A stretch of 52,603 nucleotides of DNA. Origin: a virus. Taxonomy: Duplodnaviria > Caudoviricetes. The position numbers were made by a program, and so were the translations under genes. Positions 6,529 to 16,252 of this stretch are shown one piece after another. Within the stretch, counting starts at the first letter, position 1, and every line of letters begins with the position of its first letter. Below the pieces are notes generated by a model, which worked only from the letters and a program-made list of their open reading frames with translations, made no database searches and was not told the DNA's origin. Location: IMG/VR virus record IMGVR_UViG_3300048121_000820, positions 1 to 52,603 of that record; one strand, written 5' to 3'.

Positions 6529-7077
6529 ATGACTTTAAATGAAAAACTGGCAACTATCCAGACAAAGTTTAAATCGAAAAAAAGTAGATTTAATTCATTC
6601 GGCAAATATAACTTCAGATCAGCCGAAGACATCCTAGAAGCAACAAAACCCTATCTATTAGAATTAGGAGTAACAGTAACGATTATCGAACAGCTAATCC
6701 AAAGCGAGCCGTTTCCTATATTGGAATCAAAAGCTATTATTGCTGACGGCGATGGTGCTATACACGCAACATCTATAGTTGGTGTTGACTTAACTCAAAA
6801 AGGTATGCAAATGCCTCAAAAGTTTGGTAGTGCCTCTAGTTATGGCAAAAAGTATGCTCTCGGTAATTTATTTTTAATTGACGATACAGCAGATAGCGAT
6901 GCTACAAATTCACACGGAAAAGCTTCCGCGGCTAAAAACAAAGAAACCTTAACCTCTAAAAAAGATCCAGCTTACAGTAAAGCGATCGACTATGTAAAAG
7001 CAGGTGGTAAAATTGAAGCTATAAAAGCTAAATATTCTTTATCTAAAGAGATAGAGGCAGAATTAAAAACACTATAA
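6529..7077 (+). CDS. ERF-family single-strand annealing protein
   Basis: KSRFNSFGKYNFRSAEDILEA.KP and Q.FGSASSYGKKYAL..LF.IDD..DSD motifs. Confidence 0.8.
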   Translation: MTLNEKLATIQTKFKSKKSRFNSFGKYNFRSAEDILEATKPYLLELGVTVTIIEQLIQSEPFPILESKAIIADGDGAIHATSIVGVDLTQKGMQMPQKFGSASSYGKKYALGNLFLIDDTADSDATNSHGKASAAKNKETLTSKKDPAYSKAIDYVKAGGKIEAIKAKYSLSKEIEAELKTL

Positions 7078-7809
7078 ATGGACGATAAAGTAGCTATTGA
7101 AAAATTAAGAAAAGATGAAAACTATTATGGTAAGTTTGGAAAAAAATACTTATCTAACAGTGACATATCTACCTTAATGACAAACCCTTTAGCGCTAGGT
7201 ACACCTATGAAACCATCAGCTGCATTTTTAGTTGGTGGTTACTTTCACACTGCTATTCTTGAACCAAACAAGTTAAAAAAGTATAAGATAGTAGAAAGTT
7301 CAACTAGGAACACTAAAGCGTATAAAGAGATTTCAGGCGGAGAGCTATGTCTTCTACAAAAAGAGGTTGATCAAATTGATTTGATGACAGATAAGTTAAT
7401 GGAAAACGACATCTGCAGAGGATTAATAAGAGGATCTAAAGTAGATTATGAACAGCCTGCTATTACAGAATTAGAAGGATTGAAATGGAAAGGAAAAGCA
7501 GATATTGTAAATCACGAAGAAGGTTTAATAATTGATTTAAAAACCACAGGAGATATTACAAGATTCAGAAGCTCAGCTTACCGTTACAATTACGATTCTC
7601 AAGCTTATATTTATAGTAAACTATTTGGTTATGAAATGTTATTCATAGTGATGGATAAAACTACACATCAAATAGGAATATTTGATTGCTCACCTGATTT
7701 TTATCAACGTGGGGCAGACAAAGTTCAACAAGCGGCAGAGCAATACAAGTTGTTCTACCAAAACCCGGATTTCGATCCAAACAATTATTTTATTAACAAA
7801 ACCCTTTAA
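7078..7809 (+). CDS. PD-(D/E)XK exonuclease (RecE/ExoVIII-like)
   Basis: LSNSDI...G.YFH..ILEP; KGKAD...IIDLKTT...Y.YD.QAY.Y; adjacent to ERF. Confidence 0.8.
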   Translation: MDDKVAIEKLRKDENYYGKFGKKYLSNSDISTLMTNPLALGTPMKPSAAFLVGGYFHTAILEPNKLKKYKIVESSTRNTKAYKEISGGELCLLQKEVDQIDLMTDKLMENDICRGLIRGSKVDYEQPAITELEGLKWKGKADIVNHEEGLIIDLKTTGDITRFRSSAYRYNYDSQAYIYSKLFGYEMLFIVMDKTTHQIGIFDCSPDFYQRGADKVQQAAEQYKLFYQNPDFDPNNYFINKTL

Positions 7810-7811
7810 AA

Positions 7812-7991
7812 ATGGCAAGAACCAGAAAAAACCAAACAAAAGTATGCAGTGTAACCGGACTAGAAACTAGTGTTAATAATTTTTACACTAATCAAAACCA
7901 TGTAAAAGCCGTAGACAACTTAAGGCGGAATAGCGGCGCATCAAAAGAACAGATGCAAAGAATGTTTAATCAGATAAATCAATATGTATAA
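7812..7991 (+). CDS. Hypothetical protein (59 aa, below ORF-track cutoff)
   Basis: Read manually: MARTRKNQTKVCSVTG...NQYV*; TAATG coupling with the next gene. Confidence 0.65.
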   Translation: MARTRKNQTKVCSVTGLETSVNNFYTNQNHVKAVDNLRRNSGASKEQMQRMFNQINQYV

Positions 7992-8299
7992 TGGCAAGTA
8001 TTATTAAAGCGAGTATCAATCTGAACGAGATACCAAAAGACAAAATCATTATTGGCAAGAAAGGTAAGTATTTACCTGTGACTATAACTATCAATGATGA
8101 AGTAGATCAATTTGGAAATCAAGGTCCGATTGTAGTAGCTCAAACAAAGGAAGAGCGAGAAGCTAAGCAAGGTAAAACTTATTTAGGAAACGTTCAAGTA
8201 GTATGGACTAACGGCGAGAATGTTGCCGCTGCTCCAAGACAAGACCAACCAGCTCAGGCAGCTCCGGCTCCTGCGCCTGCAGATGATCTACCGTTTTAA
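7991..8299 (+). CDS. Single-stranded DNA-binding protein
   Basis: Small beta-rich core, P/A linker and C-terminal DDLPF; located in the replication module. Confidence 0.75.
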   Translation: MASIIKASINLNEIPKDKIIIGKKGKYLPVTITINDEVDQFGNQGPIVVAQTKEEREAKQGKTYLGNVQVVWTNGENVAAAPRQDQPAQAAPAPAPADDLPF

Positions 8300-8350
8300 T
8301 GCACTACAAAAACAACGCATAAACGAGGATTAACAATTAAATTAAATTAA

Positions 8351-10060
8351 ATGCAGACATTAGAGATCAATGGATTTGTTATTGACGAGTTCAATATACA
8401 TAAACTTGAAGAGGGGAAAAAGCAGGGTATATGCCCTATGTGTTCTCAAGATAGAAAACCCAAGAATCAAAAGGCTAAGTGTGCGTCTTACGATTGGGAA
8501 CGGGGTCTCGGTACTTGTCATAATTGTAATACATCATTTCAACTACATACGTATCAGCGCAAAGGTAAAGCTGAGAAGGTTTATATTAAACCAGAGCCCG
8601 TTGCTATACACAGGCCAGGTACAAAAGTAGAAGAGTGGTTTAAAACTCGTGGTATATCTCAGGAAACCCTTGCTGATCTAAAAATCAGTGAGGGCCCTGA
8701 ATATATGCCTCAGACCGGTAAAACCGAGAATGTAATAAAGTTCAATTATTTTATGGGCGGTGAATTAACTAATGTTAAATACCGAGATGGAAGAAAGAAC
8801 TTTAAATTATATAAGGGTGCTGAAAAAGTATTCTATAATATAGACAGCATAGTAGGCTATGAGTATTGCGTTATAGTTGAAGGCGAAATGGACGTGTTAG
8901 CTTTACACGAAGCTGGTATTGCAAATGCAATATCCGTTCCCAATGGAGCAACACTTAATACTAACAATTTAGATTATTTAGACAATTGCATAGATTATTT
9001 CGAAGACAAAGAAAAAGTTATTTTAGCAGTAGATTCAGACGAAGCTGGTCAAGCATTACAAGCTGAATTAATACGTAGATTAGGTTCAGAAGTATGCTAT
9101 ATAGCTACATTTGACGATTGTAAAGATGCTAACGAATATTTATTAAAGTATGGAAAAGAAAAACTATCAGAGCGTATTTCAAGATCAAAGCCAGTACCAC
9201 TGGAGAATGTTACAACGTTCAGGGATATCGAAGATGAAGTCACGGACTTTGTTCGTAATGGTTTCAAGCCTGGCTTTCAAATTGGTTTGGAAAACTTTGA
9301 TAATATATTTTCGACGTACACTGGTCAGTTTATTACTGTCACTGGCATACCCTCTTCGGGCAAGTCGGATTTTGTGGATCAAATGGTTGTCGGATATAAT
9401 GCGAACTATGGTTGGAAAACAGCTTTCGCTTCTCCAGAAAACGTACCAACATATTTACATGCTCATAAGTTAATGCGTAAGACTTGGCAAGGCATGCCCA
9501 CAAGAGAAGATATTGGAGGGGATCGTTGGAATCAAATAGCGGACCATTGCAATACTAACTACTTTCACATTGACATGGAACGTTACACTTTAGAATCAGT
9601 GCTTAAGAAAGGAGCTGAGCTAGTTAAACGTAAAGGTATTAAATGTTTAGTTATAGATCCATTTAATAAAGTAAGGGATGTTGACTGTAAGACTGAAGAT
9701 GTTAATAGGTATACTATGGAGTACTTAAGCAAAATAGAAATGTTTGCTAAAAAGTATGATGTATTAGTATTTATAGTAGCTCATCCAACTAAAATGTATA
9801 AAGGCAGCGATGGCAAAATTGATGAACCCACAATGTATAACATTAAAGGTGGTGGTGAATGGTATGATGCTAGTTATCACGGTATATTAGTTCATAGAGA
9901 TTATGATGCTAAAACCGTTAAGGCTAAGGTGTTGAAAATAAAGTTTCAAAACCTCGGCGAGAACGGCGCTGAAGCTCATTTCAAATGGGAACCAAAGTCA
10001 GGTTGTTTTATTCCGCACGAACAAGTTAATCTTGCTGGTGAGAAAATGCCATGGGAGTAA
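8351..10060 (+). CDS. Primase-helicase (T7 gp4/Twinkle-like)
   Basis: Zn ribbon (CPMC...CHNC), TOPRIM (VEGEMD, DSDEAG, KDANE) and SF4 helicase (GIPSSGKS, LVIDPF, VAHPTK). Confidence 0.92.
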   Translation: MQTLEINGFVIDEFNIHKLEEGKKQGICPMCSQDRKPKNQKAKCASYDWERGLGTCHNCNTSFQLHTYQRKGKAEKVYIKPEPVAIHRPGTKVEEWFKTRGISQETLADLKISEGPEYMPQTGKTENVIKFNYFMGGELTNVKYRDGRKNFKLYKGAEKVFYNIDSIVGYEYCVIVEGEMDVLALHEAGIANAISVPNGATLNTNNLDYLDNCIDYFEDKEKVILAVDSDEAGQALQAELIRRLGSEVCYIATFDDCKDANEYLLKYGKEKLSERISRSKPVPLENVTTFRDIEDEVTDFVRNGFKPGFQIGLENFDNIFSTYTGQFITVTGIPSSGKSDFVDQMVVGYNANYGWKTAFASPENVPTYLHAHKLMRKTWQGMPTREDIGGDRWNQIADHCNTNYFHIDMERYTLESVLKKGAELVKRKGIKCLVIDPFNKVRDVDCKTEDVNRYTMEYLSKIEMFAKKYDVLVFIVAHPTKMYKGSDGKIDEPTMYNIKGGGEWYDASYHGILVHRDYDAKTVKAKVLKIKFQNLGENGAEAHFKWEPKSGCFIPHEQVNLAGEKMPWE

Positions 10061-10336
10061 ATGCCTAGTATATATGGTAAACGATCCAAGCCAATGCCAA
10101 AATATGTTGCGAGCGAGGAGGAAACAAAATGGGTTTTATATTGTATTAAAAATAATATAAGAATATCCCCGTGGGGCATACAAGGTAACTCAGATAATTG
10201 GCACATAGCCATTAGCTTGGGACCTTATCAAAAATGGGAAAAACCAAATATATCACCAAGCAAATATTGTAGAAATACAATTTGGCCTGAATATTATAAA
10301 ATGTGTAAATACTATTATGACAAATATAGAAAATGA
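10061..10336 (+). CDS. Hypothetical protein
   Basis: 91-aa ORF between primase-helicase and ThyA. Confidence 0.65.
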   Translation: MPSIYGKRSKPMPKYVASEEETKWVLYCIKNNIRISPWGIQGNSDNWHIAISLGPYQKWEKPNISPSKYCRNTIWPEYYKMCKYYYDKYRK

Positions 10337-11141
10337 ATACAAAGAACTTATATCAGAAATACTCGACAGCGGATTGGATAAGTCGGATAGAACAGGGACT
10401 GGGACGAAGTCTGTCTTCGGGAGAACGATTAGACACGATATGTCACTTGGCTTCCCTATACTTACAGGAAAGAAAATAAGCTTCAATGCAGCAAGAACAG
10501 AATTGCTTTGGATATTACAGGGTAGAACTGATCTTAGGTATTTAGAAGATAATGGTGTTAAGTATTGGAGACCAGATTATAAACGGTCAGGCAGAACAGA
10601 TGAAACATTAGGCCCTGTGTATGGAAAACAGTGGCGTAATTTTAACGGCGTAGATCAGCTTTATAATCTTGCAGAGGATATTAACACTAATCCAGACTCT
10701 AGACGTCTTATAGTTAGCGCATGGGCCCCGCACGAGATGAATGATATGGTTTTGCCTCCGTGCCATTATGCTTTTCAAGTATATATTAATAATGGTGTAA
10801 TGGATTTGATGTGGCAACAAAGATCCGCTGATGTGTTTTTAGGTTTACCTTACGATATTACTATGTATGGTTTACTATTAGAATTGTTAGCTAAAGGTGC
10901 TGATTTAAAACCAGGCAAGCTTATTGGTCAACTTGGTGATTGTCATTTATATAATAATCACTTAGACCAAGCAAAAATATATTTAGATAGATCAAAGAGG
11001 GTGTTGCCTAAGATACAATTAGAAAGAGGAATTAGCGCCAACTTATTAGGAGGTGTAAATATACCTGAAGCTTTTGAAATTAAATTATTAAAATACAATC
11101 CTTATCCCGCTATTAAAGCGGAGCTGAGCGTTGGTAAATAA
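10317..11141 (+). CDS. thyA: Thymidylate synthase
   Basis: DRTGTGT, LGPVYGKQWR, SRRLIVSAW, LPPCH, QRSADVFLGLP, GDCHLY.NH. Confidence 0.95.
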   Translation: MTNIENEYKELISEILDSGLDKSDRTGTGTKSVFGRTIRHDMSLGFPILTGKKISFNAARTELLWILQGRTDLRYLEDNGVKYWRPDYKRSGRTDETLGPVYGKQWRNFNGVDQLYNLAEDINTNPDSRRLIVSAWAPHEMNDMVLPPCHYAFQVYINNGVMDLMWQQRSADVFLGLPYDITMYGLLLELLAKGADLKPGKLIGQLGDCHLYNNHLDQAKIYLDRSKRVLPKIQLERGISANLLGGVNIPEAFEIKLLKYNPYPAIKAELSVGK

Positions 11142-11149
11142 ATAAAAAT

Positions 11150-11950
11150 ATGTACAACATTTATCACATTCCTGGTAAAAAAATTGGAGTTACACGTAAT
11201 CTTAATAAGAGAGTTACGGAGCAACAAGGTTATGCGCCAGGAGAATACGAAGTTTTATTTACAAGTGATGATATTGATTTAATATCTAACAAAGAAATAG
11301 AACTTCAACAGTCTTATGGCTATAAAAAAGACCGGACATTATATAAAAATTTATTCAAATCAAATATGAAAATAAATCCAACAGAACAAACAAGTACGTT
11401 TCCCGTACCGTTAAATAAACTAAGAGGCAACCTTTACGATAACTTAGGAATAGAATGGGAAACCCCAGAGTTTAAGTTTAAATTACAAAAAGAACATATA
11501 CCCTGGATAATGCAAAATGCTAAAACTTCGATGTATAATAACGATCGAAGCTATATATATAACAAGGCTTTCTATGAGGCCTTTTTTAACCCTGTACACG
11601 ATCCTAACTCAATACCAGATAGATTTGATCTTATAAGATTATGGGCTAAAGATAAAGGTATATACGATAAAGGTAATTCTCATACGCAATATGTTAAGCT
11701 TATGGAAGAAGCTGGAGAGCTAGCGGCTGCTTTACTAAATAAAGACGCGTACGAAATTAAAGACGCTATTGGGGATATGGTTGTAGTGCTTACAAATTTA
11801 GCAGCTTTAGAAGGTATGCAAATTGAAAATTGTATTGATTCAGCATACAATGAAATAGCTAATAGAATTGGTGTAATGCACAACGGAACATTTGTAAAAA
11901 CCGGAATAACTGCTGACCAAGCTACTGATTTATTAAAAGAAATGTTATGA
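11150..11950 (+). CDS. Fusion: GIY-YIG-like N-terminus plus MazG-like NTP pyrophosphatase C-terminus
   Basis: N-terminus YNIYH...KIGVTRNLNKR...E; C-terminus KLMEEAGELA...IKDAIGDMVVVL..LA...AYNEI..R.G....GTFVK. Confidence 0.7.
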   Translation: MYNIYHIPGKKIGVTRNLNKRVTEQQGYAPGEYEVLFTSDDIDLISNKEIELQQSYGYKKDRTLYKNLFKSNMKINPTEQTSTFPVPLNKLRGNLYDNLGIEWETPEFKFKLQKEHIPWIMQNAKTSMYNNDRSYIYNKAFYEAFFNPVHDPNSIPDRFDLIRLWAKDKGIYDKGNSHTQYVKLMEEAGELAAALLNKDAYEIKDAIGDMVVVLTNLAALEGMQIENCIDSAYNEIANRIGVMHNGTFVKTGITADQATDLLKEML

Positions 11951-12210
11951 ATAAAAAAGAAATAGAATTTAGAGATCCAGTTGTTGAACGTGTTGTTACT
12001 AAGTTCGTATCAAGATCTGATATAGGCTTTGCAAAATATGGTGTTACTCTTGAAGATGACAAGTCAAATGTATTTACATGGATCAATCATTTGCAAGAAG
12101 AACTAATGGATGCTGTATTGTATCTTCAAAAGTTGAAAGAATCAACAACAGAAGAACTCCAAGAAGCATTATTAAAAAACTACGAAGTTCATGAAGAGGA
12201 GACCTTATAA
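11947..12210 (+). CDS. Small MazG-like (all-alpha NTP-PPase-like) protein
   Basis: R...G..KYG.TL.......W..HLQEELMDAVLY motif. Confidence 0.55.
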   Translation: MNKKEIEFRDPVVERVVTKFVSRSDIGFAKYGVTLEDDKSNVFTWINHLQEELMDAVLYLQKLKESTTEELQEALLKNYEVHEEETL

Positions 12211-12652
12211 AAGAAAAAGCAAGAAGCGTGGTCCTGTTGTAAGTAAAAAAGTTACTTATGACGGGATTAACTTTGCTTCAGGCTTAGAACGTTATATGTA
12301 TATGGCTTTGAAAAAAGCTAAGATCAAAGCTAAATACGAAGGAGAGACTTTTGTTTTATTGGCTGGCTTTCATTTTGATAATGAAGTATATGAAAGACAA
12401 GCCAACGGTAAAGGTGATTACAAAAATAGAGGATGCAAACGCATACTGCCTATTAAGTATACGCCAGATTTTATTGGCGAAGACTTTATAATTGAAACAA
12501 AAGGCAGGGCTAACGAATCATTCCCAATGCGTTGGAAGTTGTTCAAAAGATTAGTTATGAATCAATTTCCTAACGTAACATTGTATAAACCACAAAATCA
12601 AAAAGAATGCGACGAGACAATAAGCATAATCCTTTCGAAGCGAAAAGGATAG
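12191..12652 (+). CDS. T7 endonuclease I-like PD-(D/E)XK nuclease (resolvase)
   Basis: FASGLE...YE...YTPDF...IIETKG. Confidence 0.8.
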   Translation: MKRRPYKRKSKKRGPVVSKKVTYDGINFASGLERYMYMALKKAKIKAKYEGETFVLLAGFHFDNEVYERQANGKGDYKNRGCKRILPIKYTPDFIGEDFIIETKGRANESFPMRWKLFKRLVMNQFPNVTLYKPQNQKECDETISIILSKRKG

Positions 12653-12783
12653 CTAGACAGAAGTATGCCGAGCGTCAGATCGATAAGTTTATTAAATGGA
12701 GTTGGGATATACGGGGTAAAATAAAATATAAAGAATTAATAGAAATTATGAATAAATATGATATAAAAGTTTATGGAAAATAA
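12607..12783 (+). CDS. Hypothetical protein (58 aa, below cutoff)
   Basis: Read manually: MRRDNKHNPF...KVYGK*; fills the gap. Confidence 0.5.
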   Translation: MRRDNKHNPFEAKRIARQKYAERQIDKFIKWSWDIRGKIKYKELIEIMNKYDIKVYGK

Positions 12784-12922
12784 AATAGAAAAAAGCTGGT
12801 CAGTAAGTATAGGATTATACCCAGGTATATTATTTGGTGTTAGGTCTTATAAAGAAAAAACCTTTACCACTCACGTGTTTTATTTACCATTTGTAGATTT
12901 AGCAATTGAAATAGATAATTAA
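12773..12922 (+). CDS. Hypothetical protein (49 aa, below cutoff)
   Basis: Read manually: MENKIEKSWSVSIGLYPGILFG...LPFVDLAIEIDN*; TAATG coupling to nrdB. Confidence 0.6.
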   Translation: MENKIEKSWSVSIGLYPGILFGVRSYKEKTFTTHVFYLPFVDLAIEIDN

Positions 12923-13890
12923 TGGGATTATTTGATGAGCGCATTGCGTACAAACCGTTTGAATACCCAGAGTATTACACTGAAGGTTGGTTAAAACAAG
13001 CACAAGCATTTTGGTTGCATACTGAAATCTCAATGCAGAGCGATATTAAAGATTGGAAAGAAAAACTAAATGACAAAGAAAAGAATCTCGTCGGGAACAT
13101 ACTTCTTGGGTTCGCGCAAACCGAATGCGCCGTTTCAGATTACTGGACCCAGAACGTCGTATCGTGGTTTCCTAAACACGAAATACAACAGATGGCAATG
13201 ATGTTTGGCTCGCAAGAGACTGTACATGCTGTGGCTTACAGCTATTTAAATGAAACATTAGGATTAGAAGATTATGAAGCATTTTTACACGAACCAGCAA
13301 CGTCTGAAAGATTTGATAATTTGGTTGCTTATAACGGTAGTGATCCTGTGGGGATTGCGAAAAGCCTGGCTGTATTTTCAGCCTTCGCCGAAGGAGTTAG
13401 TCTGTATAGTGCTTTCGCAGTGCTTTATAGTTTTCAGCTTCGAAATTTACTTAAGGGTATCGGGCAACAAATGAAGTGGTCAGTCAGAGACGAATCATTA
13501 CACAGTAAAATGGGATGTAAACTGTTTCAAGATATGTGCAGTGAAAACAATCAATTACTGAATTTATGTCGAGAAGATATTATAAAAGCTGCTGAAACAA
13601 TGGTTAAGCTAGAATGGCAATATATAGAAAAGATGTTTGAAATGGGAGACATTGAAGGCATAAAGTCTAATGACCTAAAGCACTTCATAAAAAAGAGAGC
13701 AAATGAAAAACTTGTTGAGCTGGGCTACGTTGACTTGGGGAACTATTTCCCGTATGACAAAAACGCAGCGTCTAATCTTGATTGGTTCTATCATCTTACC
13801 GGGGGCGTCACTCATACTGATTTTTTCGCTATTAGACCGACAGATTATAGTAAAGCTAATGAAGGAGAAGATTTTGAAGATATATGGTAA
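12922..13890 (+). CDS. nrdB: Class I ribonucleotide reductase beta subunit
   Basis: Ferritin-like ligands AQTE, ETVH...Y, EGVSLY and DESLH. Confidence 0.93.
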   Translation: MGLFDERIAYKPFEYPEYYTEGWLKQAQAFWLHTEISMQSDIKDWKEKLNDKEKNLVGNILLGFAQTECAVSDYWTQNVVSWFPKHEIQQMAMMFGSQETVHAVAYSYLNETLGLEDYEAFLHEPATSERFDNLVAYNGSDPVGIAKSLAVFSAFAEGVSLYSAFAVLYSFQLRNLLKGIGQQMKWSVRDESLHSKMGCKLFQDMCSENNQLLNLCREDIIKAAETMVKLEWQYIEKMFEMGDIEGIKSNDLKHFIKKRANEKLVELGYVDLGNYFPYDKNAASNLDWFYHLTGGVTHTDFFAIRPTDYSKANEGEDFEDIW

Positions 13891-14135
13891 CAAAAATAAA
13901 ACTACTTAAGCTTCTTGCTTATACAAACAAATTAACATCATATCAAAAGTTCGCGTCTCGTATAGGTTATATGGGATCCGGTCTTTTGATTGCGGCTCAA
14001 TGGACAATAGACCCGATGCTATACATATTTGGTTTTATATGCGTTGTTATACAAACCTCATCGCGTAAACAATGGAATTTAGTAGCACTTAATATTAATG
14101 GGCTTATAGCCTGGATAACACACTTTATAAGATAA
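13884..14135 (+). CDS. Small multi-TM membrane protein
   Basis: 83 aa with about three hydrophobic segments; translationally coupled between nrdB and nrdA. Confidence 0.6.
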   Translation: MVTKIKLLKLLAYTNKLTSYQKFASRIGYMGSGLLIAAQWTIDPMLYIFGFICVVIQTSSRKQWNLVALNINGLIAWITHFIR

Positions 14136-15853
14136 TGTGGAATGAAAACTGGAAAAAAGGTGAAGATTACCCTGCATGGGGTAATAACGACGTATACAAG
14201 AAAACTATATCCGGGGGATATTTATTTGACGGAGAAACACCTAGAGAAGCATACATGCGCGTCAGTAAAACAGTTGCTCGTAGATTATTCAAACCAGAAA
14301 TGGCAGAAACATTCTTCGAGTATATCTGGAACGGTTGGCTTTGTCTTGCTAGTCCTGTATTATCTAACACCGGTACTGATCGCGGCTTGCCTATTAGCTG
14401 TTTTGGTATCGACGTAGCTGATAGTATACAAGACATAGGACAAAAGAATTTAGAAATGATGCTACTCGCCAAGCACGGCGGTGGAGTTGGTATCGGAGTT
14501 AATCAAATAAGACCCGCTGGCGCTAAAATAACAGGAAATGGAACATCAGACGGAGTTGTCCCTTTTTGTAAAATATATGATTCAACAATACTCGCGACTA
14601 ATCAAGGATCAGTCAGAAGAGGAGCAGCATCGGTTAACATCAATATTGAACACGACGATTTCGAAGAATGGCTTGAAATTAGAGAGCCTAAAGGAGATGT
14701 CAACAGACAATCGCTTAATTTACATCAGTGTGCAGTTGTGGGTGATAAGTTTATGCGACGCCTTGAACAAGGAGATGCGGACGCTAGATCTCGATGGAGT
14801 AAATTACTTAGAAAGCGAAAAGCAACTGGAGAACCGTATATATTATTTAAAGGAAACACTAATAAAGCAAATCCAAAAGCATATAAAGAAAACGGTTTAA
14901 AAGTTCATATGACAAATATATGTTCTGAAATCACATTGCATACTGATGAAAATCATAGTTTTGTTTGTTGTTTATCATCATTAAATTTAGCTAAATATGA
15001 AGAATGGAAAGGTACTAACCTTATATACGACGCTATATGGTTTCTCGATGGCGTTATGGAGGAATTTATTCAAAGAGCAAAAGGACTTAGAGGTTTTGAA
15101 AACGCCGTTCGTTCTGCTACTAAAGGACGAGCACTTGGGTTGGGTGTACTCGGATGGCACACGTATCTCCAAGATAATGGCCTTCCTTTTGAAGGTCTCT
15201 TGGCTCAGTTTGAAACTAGGAAAATATTTTCGCAAATTAAAATTGAAAGTGAAAGAGCTTCCAGAGATCTTGCTGAAATTTATGGCGAACCTTTGTGGTG
15301 TGTTGGTACTGGTATGCGTAATACTCACCTGCGTGCTATTGCTCCCACTGTTAGTAATTCAAAGCTTAGCGGAAACATTTCGCCAGGAATAGAACCCTGG
15401 GCTGCTAATGTATTTACAGAGCAATCCGCTAAAGGCACGTTTATACGTAAAAATCCTACACTTTTAAAATTATTAAGAAAACACAAATTAAATACGAATG
15501 AAATATGGAATAAGATCCTTGCTGATGGAGGTTCGGTTCAGGATATTAACGAGCTTAGTAATATTACTATGGGGCATGATATACCAGCTAAAGAAGTTTT
15601 TAAAACTTTTAAAGAAATAAACCAACTGGAGCTAGTAAATCAAGCTGGCATACGCCAACAATACATAGATCAGTCGGTTAGTTTGAATCTCGCTTTTCCT
15701 AGCGAGGCTACACCTAAGTGGCTTAATAAAGTACATTTTGATGCTTGGAAAAAAGGAGTAAAGACTTTATATTATACGAGAACAGAGAGTGTTCTACGTG
15801 GAGATATTGCACAGCAAGCGATGAGTGAAGATTGTCTTGCGTGTGATGGTTAG
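14135..15853 (+). CDS. nrdA: Class I ribonucleotide reductase alpha subunit (no ATP cone)
   Basis: ISCF, GGGVG, RRGA, TNICSEI, APT, TLYY and C-terminal CLACDG. Confidence 0.95.
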   Translation: MWNENWKKGEDYPAWGNNDVYKKTISGGYLFDGETPREAYMRVSKTVARRLFKPEMAETFFEYIWNGWLCLASPVLSNTGTDRGLPISCFGIDVADSIQDIGQKNLEMMLLAKHGGGVGIGVNQIRPAGAKITGNGTSDGVVPFCKIYDSTILATNQGSVRRGAASVNINIEHDDFEEWLEIREPKGDVNRQSLNLHQCAVVGDKFMRRLEQGDADARSRWSKLLRKRKATGEPYILFKGNTNKANPKAYKENGLKVHMTNICSEITLHTDENHSFVCCLSSLNLAKYEEWKGTNLIYDAIWFLDGVMEEFIQRAKGLRGFENAVRSATKGRALGLGVLGWHTYLQDNGLPFEGLLAQFETRKIFSQIKIESERASRDLAEIYGEPLWCVGTGMRNTHLRAIAPTVSNSKLSGNISPGIEPWAANVFTEQSAKGTFIRKNPTLLKLLRKHKLNTNEIWNKILADGGSVQDINELSNITMGHDIPAKEVFKTFKEINQLELVNQAGIRQQYIDQSVSLNLAFPSEATPKWLNKVHFDAWKKGVKTLYYTRTESVLRGDIAQQAMSEDCLACDG

Positions 15854-15869
15854 TTGTTTAGTTAGTTGG

Positions 15870-15900
15870 AAAGAGGGCGCTGGAAACGGTGCCCTTTTTT
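15870..15900. terminator. Intrinsic terminator, probably bidirectional, at the convergence point
   Basis: AAAGAGGGCGCTG-GAAA-CGGTGCCCTTTTTT hairpin with A/T tails between convergent genes. Confidence 0.85.
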
Positions 15901-16252
15901 AATATGTCCACATTACATTTTGAGACTTATCTTTGTCGTTGTCAATGTGTATAAATGTACCTGCAACACCTATTCTTTTAAAGCCAGCTTTTAAAAACGC
16001 TTGAATCATATTAAATCTATCATTAAGGCTCTTACAGCTTATGTCAGCAGCTAAGCCTTTTAAATGAGAAGAAGAACTAACCCCACCAACTTTTTTATTA
16101 TGAGCTTCGGTTCTATAGCCTGAGTTAACCCGCATTGGTTTACCGTATATTTTACGCGCAGCATCAAGCATATGTAAAAATTCTTCATTCATATGTTTAC
16201 CACTTTCCGGTGCGTCAGGAGAATCAAATTCCTTTAGCTTAAAGTATTTCAT
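15899..16252 (-). CDS. Peptidase M15A endolysin
   Basis: NSGYR...HN..VGG...SSHL.G.AADI...RIG....FIHID. Confidence 0.85.
   Translation of the reverse strand: MKYFKLKEFDSPDAPESGKHMNEEFLHMLDAARKIYGKPMRVNSGYRTEAHNKKVGGVSSSSHLKGLAADISCKSLNDRFNMIQAFLKAGFKRIGVAGTFIHIDNDKDKSQNVMWTY

Noticed and set aside
7682-7870. 62-aa ORF from the ORF track
   Set aside because: It overlaps the exonuclease out of frame; 7812-7991 fits the gap and is coupled to ssb.
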